This document shows positions 36,664-48,190 of a stretch of DNA of 64,000 bases, in pieces (the stretch's first letter is position 1; each line of letters starts with the position of its first letter). This DNA comes from Malacoraja senta. Taxonomy: Eukaryota. A program made the position numbers and the translations under genes. The notes beneath the pieces were generated by a model that did not search any database, had not been told where the DNA came from, and saw nothing but the letters and a program-made list of their open reading frames with translations. Location: assembly GCA_038087875.1 (NCBI GenBank), contig CM075982.1, positions 63,302,001 to 63,366,000 on the forward strand, read 5' to 3'.

Positions 36664-37113
36664 TTAGTCAATCACCCTTTAGTTCAAATAGTTTTTGTTG
36701 CTTCCACGCCCGGCAACATCAATTCTCTCTACAGCCCTCTTATATTTTCAAACACCATTTTGTCCATTTTGTTACTGCATCCATCTTGCTCTGCTTACCC
36801 CTGTAACCACCATACAAACTCAAATATCTTACATTTAAAGATCCTCAACCTAAATCTCTCTTCAATTAAAAACCTTCTCACATCGACCTTCCTGATAAGG
36901 CTTCTACTCTTTCCTCCTTTTGCCCTGCCCTGACATCTGTTTGCCACGTGCATATTTCTAAAATGTCTTCGGACTAAAAGATTTGCAAGTCATTATAGTC
37001 ATGGAAATTGAAACAACAGGAATGGTAACAATTGTTGAATCAGTCAGTTAATGGAAATTAAATGTAACGCAGTAAAAAAGTCAGCCGACAGTTTTATCCT
37101 GGTGGAATGCACA

Positions 37114-37882
37114 TCCTTATCCTTATAACTATAAAACTCTGATCTGAGTGAGTGTATTTATTTGTTTGTGTGATCACGTTTACTCGAAAAAATGCCGTGC
37201 AAACCGGATTTTCTTTTACATATTCCTGTAGAGTTTTATCCCGTAGAGTCCAAAATTGTCTTATCTGAAAAATGCATGCTTTATTTCTCGAGTTATTTAT
37301 GAAAATGTTCACAAATCTGAAATGTCTTTGGAAAATAAAACCAAGCGGCTTTGGCTGATGACGTCACAATGGCTCTGCGTCTGCGCTGCGAGTGACGTCC
37401 CCCCCGCGAGCTGCCGCCGCCCCCCCGCGAGTTGCCTCCAGGCCGCGAGCTGCCACCCTCCTGCGAGCTGCCGCCCCGCTCCCCTCCCTCCCCCCTCCTC
37501 TCCCCCCCTCTCCTTCTCCCCTACCCCCCCCTCTCCCCCTCCTTCCCCCTCTCTCTCCCTCTCCCTCTGTCTCTGCCCGTCTCTGCCCCTCTCTGTCTCT
37601 GCCCCCCTCTCTCACTGCCCTCACTCTCTACCCCCCTCCCTTTCTAGACATGCCTGCGAGTTGGGGGCTATGCATCAGTGAATAGGGTGGGTATGGGATA
37701 AAAGGAGCCAATGAATAATATTAATATAATATCAAGGGGGGTGGTTAGTGTGTGTGGGGGTAGTTAGTGTGTGTTTGGGGGGTGGTTAGTGTGTGTGACG
37801 CCGCAGGCCGCCGCCGCCGCCGCCCCCCCTCCTGCAACCGCGGGTTGAGGAGACGGGACCCAACGGGTCCCACTTGGTCTAG
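37114..37882 (+). mobile_element. Non-autonomous Helitron
   Basis: Inserted between A and T with no TSD; 5' TC; 3' hairpin GGGACCC-aac-GGGTCCC (37855-37871) then CTAG (37879-37882); homologous to 63233-63949. Confidence 0.85.
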
Positions 37883-38064
37883 TGCCTCTTAAGAATAAAG
37901 GAGGACAACGTAAGTGCATGTAATCTATTCAAATCATACACTGATTATTAAAAACAGACAGATTATTCAACCTTTTGCGAACTAACTCTCAGCTCTTTAG
38001 ACCCTTGTCATTTCTTGATTGCATTCGTGCTGTGAACCTGACCGTGTTCAACACCATCCAGACC

Positions 38065-38185
38065 AGCCCCCCCCCCCACCCTCACATCAGTCTGAAGAAG
38101 GGTCTCGACCCAAAACGTTGCCCATTTCCTTCGCTCCATAGATGCTGCCTCACCCGCTGAGTTTCTCCAGCATTTTTGTCTACCT
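38065..38185 (+). repeat. Penelope pLTR solo copy
   Basis: Nearly identical to 57295-57412. Confidence 0.8.
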
Positions 38186-39174
38186 CCCATTTAAAAAAAA
38201 TGTTGCTCTGAACCGTTTGGAGATTAGTGAAAAATTGACGGGCTCTTACAAAAAAATGATCATTTCATGGTTACTGATGAAGAGACCAACTTTTTGTTTA
38301 ATTCTCCTCGGAGATGCTGCCTGACATGCAAAGTCTTCCCAGTGGTCTGTGTTTTCTATTTCTAGCTCGTTAAAATAAAGACATTCAATTACATTAATTC
38401 AAATATTCCAGCTGTCATGACATGACTTGAACTCCTGTCTGTATCAATGGTCCACAATTCAGTCAGCCCAATGTCTTACAATGGATGATTAAAAACAGTC
38501 AGATTGCTCAACCTCTTGGAAATCACTATGCTATCATATTCCGTGAAAGATAAAATAATTAAAATAATTACAAATAAGACATTTATTCTTGAATACTGAA
38601 TTCCAATACCTTAACATGCAATCAAATCATCAAATCATTAATATACATCTACATCTGTTTTGAGAAGTTCAGAAATACAAATCTTGGACATGCCTAGTAA
38701 AAATTTGTTTACAGAAATACTGTAGCCATAATTGTTGAAATGAGAAACAAAACACGGCCTAATTATAGCCAATGTTTATTAATGCAAAGCGTCTCAGCTA
38801 TTGCATATTCTTTCTTGAAAATATCTTACAATGTAAAAAAGATCAAAATATTGATGTTTTGACTGAACTGCTTAAGTCACATTCACAATTTCCACAAGAA
38901 TAAAAACCTATAGCTGAACATCGTGACTTTTAGCTTATTTCCTCAGCCCTTTTTTTAAAAAAATGGGTGTAAACACTCTGGAGCAAATCATAGGTTGTAA
39001 GCCATTAATCAACAAGAACACATTTTATATACATCAACTTTGAGCTCTACATAGTCAATTAGCATTTTATTTTATGGATTAGTTGCATATTGTTTGGACT
39101 CCACTCAGCAGGAAATGTGAATGTATTACATGTTCACATTTTACAGTAATTAAGACCCCTTTCCCTGCACTTAC

Positions 39175-39265
39175 ATGGACTGACGTCTCTATATCTGTTC
39201 CGATTTCTATTTTCTGGAAGCTTGGCTACTTTACAAGGGAAGTCACTGGCTTGATGTCGGATATC
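39175..39265 (-). CDS. PTPN1: PTPN1 exon 2 ([30 protein letters not shown]), pTyr-recognition loop
   Basis: ttccag acceptor, gtaagt donor; 91 nt; NRYRDV motif. Confidence 0.96.
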
Positions 39266-40699
39266 CTGGAATTACAAAATTGGAAATACTGTAAATGAAG
39301 CAGGAACATTCCAGCATTATTTTCATTCGATCAATGGAAGCAGTACTGATGAAGGGCTTTGACCTGAAACATTAACTATTTTTGTTTCCGTATTCGTTGC
39401 TGGACTACTAAGTATTTTCAAAATTTTCTGGCAATTTGTTATATTAAGAAAATAGTCAAAAGAAAATTAGCAGAAAGCTACCAAAGAAAATTTAAATTAT
39501 GCTAACTATTTTCGTGTGCAGTGCAAATTATAGCTGGAGAATGTTTTCCCCTGAAATCCATCTTTGTTCAGGGCATTTCATTTAACTGATTAAAGTTGAC
39601 TGTAGAGAATCCACTGCCCAAAACATTGATGTCTCAGCATCTGGAGTGTTTAAGATATAAAATTAAACTGTGCTGTTCTATATTAGCAATGACACACAAT
39701 TAATATCAAGTGTCAAAGCCAAGGAACATTGGTTAACATTTAAATTAAAAGCAATAAATTTAATTATTTGGAAATAATGTCTTGATAATGTCAAATAAGA
39801 ATTCCATTGTTCCCTTTCGGCATGTGACAATTAAACACTCTCGACTCTTTCCTTGCAGGTCTTGGCAAAACAAATAGTATTTCCACATCCTTATTGTACC
39901 AGGTCATGAGGAATTTCTTCCATCACTGTAATCAATATTTGGCAATAGATGCAAAATTGCCCAATAATAAGTTTGAAAGTTTTATTCATGATAACTAATA
40001 AGTAATTTGAGTGGTCATAAAGTAAACTGGAATGAAGAGTAATTTTAATGAATTGAGTCAGGTATCTAAACAGCATGTGAATTTAGTGCAGAAAAAATGT
40101 GTTGCTGCCCTGTGCTGTCAATCCTTTTTTATGGCGAAAGGTATTTGAATTCTGACTAGTGTTTAGTTCAAGTGCAACTTGCAACAGAATGAAGGGTAGT
40201 CGTTAGTGATTTACACTGATCTTTATGGATAACATGGTTAGTTAAAGCTAGATAGATATTAAGTCAATTGAAAGAACAATGTATTCTATATGATAAGCTA
40301 GCTCAATAATGATAGCTGGACAAATGATTAGAGCTGCTTAATGGCATTTTGGAAATTAGCAGGATCACTAACAGCCACCGCTGCTGTAACAGCAGTTACG
40401 AAGACAGTAACTCTCCAGGAATTTCAGATACAGAGACACTGGGCTTGACTCACAGCCGCTGACAAGGTGTGTCAAGGAGGGCAAGTGTTACTCTGACAGT
40501 GTGATTCATGCAAATCTGGATTTGGGACTAGTCAGGGAGAGAATGATGTTCTGAGAGTCAGGGAGGTTTGAAAACACCGATATTGATCTTATTCAACAGG
40601 CAAGGGTTAATTGCTGACGGCTTTGTTGTGAAATGGACGTGACGAGTGGGGAGCCAAAAGCAGGCACGGGAGTGAGAAAAGTGAAGAAGAACACAGTAC

Positions 40700-41900
40700 T
40701 ACTCAAGGAAATTATAGTAGGTGGAAATGGGGGGAATGAAACGGTTCTCTCTGTCTATGCCTGCTATTTTGCAATGCAGCATTGGTTGTTCAGGATTGGG
40801 GCTTCAGATTTGGAATTTAATTTAAATTGCAGGATTGCGGGCAGGGGAGGGGGCATTGTTGTTAAGAGTAAAACTGTGAACGTTTACAATGTCATAGATG
40901 GAACAGGGAATTAAGGCATTTTACGGGATTTGCATTCTATGGACCAGGTTTAAATATAGCCCCATTCGTAATAATCCAATTTAATACAGGCTACGTGCAA
41001 ATATACCATGATGAACAAGGGAATTAAATATATAACATTGACAAGGCATAAAAAATGAAAAAAAGTGCTGTGAGGAAACACTGCTAAAGGATTACAAAAG
41101 TAGAGAGGAACAGTTTTAGTACCAGAAAACAGGAAGTACAATCAGTATGGGTGGAGATGGTAGAAAATAAATAAAAGTTAACAGTTGAAGTTCTTTAGAA
41201 GGTCTCTAACGACAGTAACAATATTGGAGAGAAAAATTTAATTCAGAATAGTTTACTGCAAAAGAAGGTAATGTGACAATCATGGAGAAATTTGATCTTT
41301 GTGGAGACTCCAAATCAAATTATGACAAAATAGTTCAGATGAATGGCCTAGGATGGTATTCCAGAATATATCATGAAGCTACTGAGGAATGTTTGATATT
41401 ATCTGAGATTGGGTTAATGAGTAATCTTATAGCCATTCAAGATACAGATCAGTTACAAAATAAACTCTTGACCGTTCATAATTACAATTATGTTGGGAGT
41501 GCACTGGAGATTGGCAATGGAGATTAAAAACATGTTTTACGATAAATAGCAAACATTTAAAGAAACATTTCAGCATTTCTGACAAGTGCACATTCCATGG
41601 GAAAATATAAACTCCACGAGAAACGCGATTCATCAATGGCAGACTATGGGGATCAGGAAATTATTACATTAATAGATGTACTATTATGTACTTCCAAAAT
41701 GTCAGTAAACCAGAGGATTAAGAACGCAGGGACAAATGACTAAATAAATTGATAAAGGAGACAAGTTACAAATTAGCAGGACGAAGATGACATGAATTTC
41801 AACAATTATGTAAAACATGTAGCAAAAATAAATGCAATGTCAAGAAGTGATAATAATAGAAGTAAGGGGGCGGGAAAATAAAGGATTAGCTGTCATTAAA
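40700..41900 (+). mobile_element. Highly decayed CR1-like LINE (endonuclease region)
   Basis: Weak remnants such as GRGGG, SVWVEM and IMEKF; boundaries approximate. Confidence 0.35.
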
Positions 41901-43069
41901 GAATTATTTCATAAATGCATTCACCATAAAATAAATGTAACAAAAAAATGGGGCAAAGCAAACATTCTATTGAGAGCAAGGAACTCAATGAAAAGTACAG
42001 GTTTGTGAGAAATTGGAGGAGGTGAGGGTAGCTGCGACTTAACCCAGACAAATTCAGACTTGCTACAGTGTAACTTGATTAAAAAAAAAATAAAGTTATG
42101 GGTCCTTTGACATAAACAAGACCAGCCAGCATTTATTGCCCTCAGGATGATGGCGCTGGGATGTTGGCTTGAACTACTGCAAATAAAATGGTTCATAGTC
42201 CCATAATAATGCCGTATGATCTGTTCCAGGATTAAATGGGATAATGAAGAAATCGCATTTTACTGACACAAGGGCAGGATGGCCATTTACAGGACTCAAT
42301 TAGAAATGAACAATCCCAACATCTATCTGCAAGGAAGTGACTGCCTTCATAAAATCAAGCTTCGTAAAGACTACATCTGTGCAATTTAAACATTTACACA
42401 ATGCAGGAGGTCTGATGTTGTCCAAAAGAATGACAGGGTTTGTTCCGTAATATGTTGGGATAGACTAAACAGAGGCCAGCATTTCCCCTGTAGAGAGAAG
42501 AACAATTAACCAAAGATTATCAAGTTCACTTGGAAAAGTGGTGCTGAATTGATAAAACAGTGGTACGTGTTTTATCAATGTTAACCAACATTAACCAATG
42601 TTATGTGGTTTTCGGATTTAGAGGAGGAAGAGTATATTTACATTAAAATTCCATTATATTAATCACCTTAAAATGTCTAGAAAAAATCTCCAGATTGAAG
42701 ACTACTCCCAATTAACTTATCTTGACAACTCTACTAAACATAGCTTTGACTATGTTTGCAGCTATTAATTCAACTTGCTAGTTGCTACAGTGGACTAAAC
42801 CAATAACCTAGTTGAAGCTTGCATTAGTACTAGCTAGTAGAACTGAAAAATAAAATGAGCCCCAAGACATTTCCGTGGAACATCCTGTAGATTGCTGCCA
42901 GAATTGGCTTTATTTGTGCAGATCCTTTCTAAGAAAACATAACAGCACTCACCAGAAATGTGGTTAACAAACGTGGCCAATTATCACTACTTTAGTGAAA
43001 AGATCAAGTTAGAATCGAACAAAGCTAGACATTTTGAATTATATAAAGTTAAAACCTAACGTTTAATCT

Positions 43070-43457
43070 AGATGTTTAACTATATTCCTAAGGGTATTTA
43101 CAATTGTTTATTTGTATAGTTTAATATAAATAATTAACTATTTACATTTTAGCATAAAGCACCTGCATTATTCTCACCAGTATAAATATCCTAGCTTTCA
43201 TACCACAAGCTAAGTTAGCAATTTTTTTACTAGGTCCACAACAAGTTAAAGGCAATAATGTACAACATTTTCAGACATTGGATTCTAATTTGTAATATAC
43301 AATATTTAAAAGTTGTATTTGGAAAAGTAAAATGATTGCCAGTAGTCCAGATGTTTAACTATATTACTAAGGGTATTTGCAATTGTTTATTTGCATAGTT
43401 TAATATAAATAATTAACTCCTTACATTTTAGCATAAAGCACCTGCATTATTCTCACC
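43070..43457 (+). repeat. 109-bp direct duplication (43070-43178 and 43349-43457)
   Basis: Five mismatches counted by eye; 170-bp unique spacer. Confidence 0.9.
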
Positions 43458-44645
43458 GGTCAGTACTGCAATACAGTACCAGAAAATTCCCATGTAAACT
43501 ATTTAAAAACTGGATTAAATGGGGTTCTGAAACTCATTCCTATCTAGAGTCAAATTATTGGCAAAATAATGGCAATTCATTATGTGGCAATATAGAGTTT
43601 ACGAATGACTTTGTTAGAGACAATTTACACTACTCCCACCATCAAGCAGCAGAAAGCAATATGTCAATTGACAACGGTTAATGCGTGGAGAGGTTCCCGA
43701 CTGGAGAGTTTATCTTGTGTCGACAAAAATGATCAAAACATTGCATTCATAAATAGAACATATTCTGTTGCAACTCAGTTGCTGAACAAACATCTGCTCA
43801 GTGAATTTGGTGATATGAAATAATTTTCCAGGCAGTTTAAGATTCTCATGATGCTAATGGTGGTGGTGGTGGTGGTGGGGGGGGGGAGGAGGGGAGTGTT
43901 GAGGGTTAAATAAACGAATAAATTTGTAACATATACAAACCAGAAAAAATAGCAGATATGTAATGATAAATGTAGTAAAGACAGATTGCAGAGGTGAACT
44001 GCTGGTGTGAACAGAAGGGATACACAGGCATTTCTCAGCTGTAGAATTCACACTGGTGTAAACCAAGTCATTCTGCAATAATTGGTGTGAAGTCAAATTC
44101 TCCACCACTTCTACAGTTCGAAATAAAAAACACAGGTCTACCCACTTTTTGTTACAATAACTATAATTGCTGCCAAATGGTTAAATTGTCTATGATTACA
44201 CGAGCCTAAAATAAACTGAGTTTAATCTGTACTTCACAGAAGACTCAATGCTGCTATTATATTACAGAAATATGAACTAATCTCTATCCCTGATCAGGCA
44301 CATTTTTAAACATTGACGGTCTCTCATTAATCTTCCCGAACAGAGGAAACAAGATTTCTCAGTTCACCTACTCAAAAACCTTAATATTTATTACTTCAAT
44401 GGCTAATTGTGTTTTTCAAACTACAGCTTTTTCATTCTCCAAAGGAGAGTGCCATGTTTCTAATGATTGGATTAGCATTCTGTAGACCAAAACCAGTTGA
44501 AATTAGAATTCTAAATAAATATGAAATTAATAAAGTTCACTGATTACTTAAAAATCCAAAAGGATCACCAAGGGCCTTTAGGTAAGGGAAACTTGTTGCT
44601 CTTATCTGTTATGGTCTATCAGTGATTCCAGTTATAGTGGCTGGT

Positions 44646-44883
44646 GTTTAGTTTAGTTTAACCTACAAACCTGTACATCTTTGGAGTGTAGGAGGAAACC
44701 GAAGATCTCAGAGAAAACCCAAGCGGTTACGGGGTGAAAGTACAAATTCCGTACAGACAGCACCCATGGTCGGGATAGAACCCGCGTCTCTGGCGTTGCA
44801 AGCGCTGTAAGGCAGCAACTCTACCGCTGCGCCCTGCAAGCGCTGTCAGGCAGCAACTCTACCACTACGCCATCATGCCGCCC
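44646..44883 (-). mobile_element. tRNA-derived V-SINE with duplicated 5' segment and deleted 3' body
   Basis: Reverse complement of the 61189-type SINE; tgcaagcgctgt.aggcagcaactctacc occurs twice. Confidence 0.8.
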
Positions 44884-47800
44884 TAAAATCGATTTGGGTT
44901 TGAGGTCTATCCAGTTTTGGAATTTGTGGATATTTTTTGTTCGGTCCTGTCCAGCTTCCCTACCTCCAAGACATTGATTAGAGTGCTGCCTGCTCTTGCC
45001 CGAATTTTCATCTGTTGTCGGCAATTTCTACCCTCCTCCCACATTACCTCAGTCCTTTTCCAAATCTTGCACAACTTCTCTATCTCCAATGCAGGCGATG
45101 GGCCAATCACCAACATCGAGTGAGTCTTGCAAGGCTCCCACAGTTCACACATTTCCTCCCAAGCCAATTTCTTTAAAGCCTCAATTCCAGTCTTACCCAT
45201 CAGGACTTCTGGCAAATCTTCCTTCTTCCTCAACCATAGATCCCATTCCAAAGTCATCAAGATCATCAGCCATGGACATTGTGTCCACCTCAACTCACAC
45301 CACTCAGGACCAGGATTGGGTGTTTAGACCTCATTCACAGGATCATCTAATTTCCATCACGATGCCTCATGCATTCCAAAATTGATCCCTCGAGAATAAA
45401 CTGGATCACTTTTCAATCGCTACAAATGCCAATTCCCCATGCAAATGCCTACCATTTTACCTCCTCCCCACCCATTATACAGCACCCATATCACATCTCA
45501 GCTGAAGCACTAATTTGTTTGCATTTTTTAAAATTATATTGCATTCATTGCTCACTAACCCGAGCATCCTGACACTAAATACGGATAGAATGACCGCTTT
45601 CTAAAACACAACCCACAAGCATAAGTCCAGTTTATAATTACTTGTCACTTGCATGCTCTGAACTACTTCCACTCTGTTGATTAAGCTCAATACCAAAATA
45701 TCTTCCAACATTGCCTGCTGAACAAGCTCAATAATTTATAACATTTTCTCTTTCAATTCCAGATAAAATTCCTTTTTTATATCTCCTTTAAAAATAGCTT
45801 GTTCTCTATATAACACATTTCACTCTGCACTATTTCTTCTGTGTTCAATACCGCCTGCCTTCCAGCCAATGGCAGGCCTCCTCTGTCCACCTTCACTTTA
45901 CTCAGTCCTGACAGTCCCCAAATGTTAACTCGCTCTTTCTTACTCCCCAGATGCTTCCTGTCAACAATTACACTCCACGTGTATTTCATCCCATTATATA
46001 TTAGTGAAATGATTGTTGCCCATCTGGTTCGGACCTTTACCTGTATTCCTCTCAAATGCACCCAAACTATTTCCTTGAACTACTACTGAATTCACCAAGG
46101 TTTGTAAAATATATGCAAGGAACTTGCATGATTTCACTTCAGCCCTCAAAATATATCTAGTCCATTCATTTTCTAATATAACAGGCTGGATATCACATCC
46201 TTGCCTGATATTTTACAGCTCCCTCAGCATGTTCTCAGTTTTTGAACTAGAAACGGACTAGATTATGCAGGATCCCATCAGCTTCCACCATTCAAGCACA
46301 CCTGGATTCACCTTGAGTAGATGCAAACCCCGTCTCACTGGTCCTCCACACAAATGTGACTGCAGAGGTCACAGCAGTAATTATACCTCAAGCAATGAAA
46401 ATATGGGACAGAGTCTTTGACCAATGGCAAACATGTTAAGAATTTTGAAAAACGAATGGAAATTTTTACAAAACTAAAAACAATCTCACATAAAGAATTA
46501 AAAACATTTAAAAATAAAATAATTGAGAACCTGTCTTTTCCCCTTGCCTCCTAATTTGTGGGTATTCAATCTCAACCAGATTTTAGTCTACTTCCGAATT
46601 ACGTAGGATCCATGTGGCAATTCCATGTGAATCTGAGCAAGATGGAGGTTCACTGACAGTTGACAGCAAATAAACTGAGATCTGAGACTTAATACGTTTC
46701 AAAGGCAAAAAGCCAGCAGCTCAATTAGCCATACTCAGCAAGAAAGATTCACCGTTTCTCTTTATACACACAAAGGCTTGGGATACAAGGATTATTTGTA
46801 AGGATTGGGATAGTCGTATGACAATGTTTAGATTAGATTAGATTCCCATTCTCTCCTTCCCAAAAATCCATCATTTCACAACCAGTAGCACATGACATCT
46901 ACTCCTGGCTAAAGTGGTGAACATATCTACAACCCTCAGATCATTAAACTTGAACTGCACAACCAAAAATATTACCTTAAAACAAAGGATGTAAAACAGT
47001 GGTTTACCCCACTGTATGCACATGCTTGGTAACAAGATTTAAGCCCTTCAATTTACATCCTTATTTATAGAATAAATCAACAGCAAAATGCATTTCAGAA
47101 ACAGGTCAACATTTTTTTCCAATTTTAAGAGCCTTTCTTTATTGTTCTTAGAAATATTGATCAACTGGCTACCAGTATTTAAAAATATTAACTTGCAAAA
47201 TAGAGCTAATGTGGCAGTGCATGTCTAACAAGCTTCATGCAGAAGAAACAAACCTATTTTTACAATTAAAAAATATTTATCTAGTTACTGTTCGAACAAG
47301 ACTGTTCAAACTTTCTACAGCTGTACAGTATCTAAAAATATACGGAAATGCATTTGAAGTGTTTCTCTGAAAAATTCTCACTTCCTACGTCCTGTTATGG
47401 GCTCGGGGTTTTCTAGATAAACAAGGCATTAAGAAATTTGCAAATATCTTGTTTTCGGTCTTCTGAAATAACAACCTTTGAGCAAGAACCTCGATCATAA
47501 AAACTGATATTCTCAATGATGCTGTAATGGCAACATTTTGTAAAAGAACATTCCAGTTCTCACGAGTTTGCATAATGTCACCTATTCAATTAAGTTACTT
47601 AGTTCATAACTAGTGCACCTTGTTCAAAATGGCAATTTTCAAAGGAAGGACATGAAAGATGTTATTGTATCTCCATAAGTGAGGTTTGACTTCAGCCTAA
47701 ATTGATTGTGTAAAAATCTTCACCTGTTACAAGGTATTGGATTGGTGTTGAGTGTTCCAACCCAGTCCCTAGTCTGGAATTAAACATTTTGAAACCCCAA

Positions 47801-47999
47801 TTTGAACACTTATTGCGAAGCTCAAGAATTGGTAAAATTCGATTTGGTGTTAAAAGTGGAACAGTGAAACAGATTTTGGTGATATGCACAAGATGGCTAT
47901 CACAATATGTTGGCAGGAGACTCAAATGGCGTATGGGCAAGGTCACACTAAATTTATTGGAAAGTGATACTGAATTAAGAGCTAAAATGCCTTTAGTTT

Positions 48000-48190
48000 A
48001 AGGAAACACAAAAAACTACAGATGTTGGAATTGTCAGCAAAAAAAGTGCTGGCGGAACGTAGCAGGTCAGATAGCATCAGTGGAAGGAATGTTGTTTTGG
48101 GTCAGGACCCTTCTTCAATGATCGGCTTGAAACGTGATCTGTCCATTCTCTTCACAGATGCTGCCCAATTCCAGCAGCAAATTGTTTTTT
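48000..48190. repeat. Older inverted Penelope pLTR pair
   Basis: Minus-oriented ...gggtcaggacccttcttca followed by plus-oriented gaaacgtg...cagatgctgcc. Confidence 0.55.

Noticed and set aside
36134-36933. 205-aa ORF and mirrored ORFs with similar peptides on both strands
   Set aside because: They arise from the GC-rich inverted arms of the MITE; no protein motif.
44900-46100. C-rich stretch with several 60-130 aa ORFs
   Set aside because: Probably a very old LINE remnant; no motif clear enough to classify or call coding.
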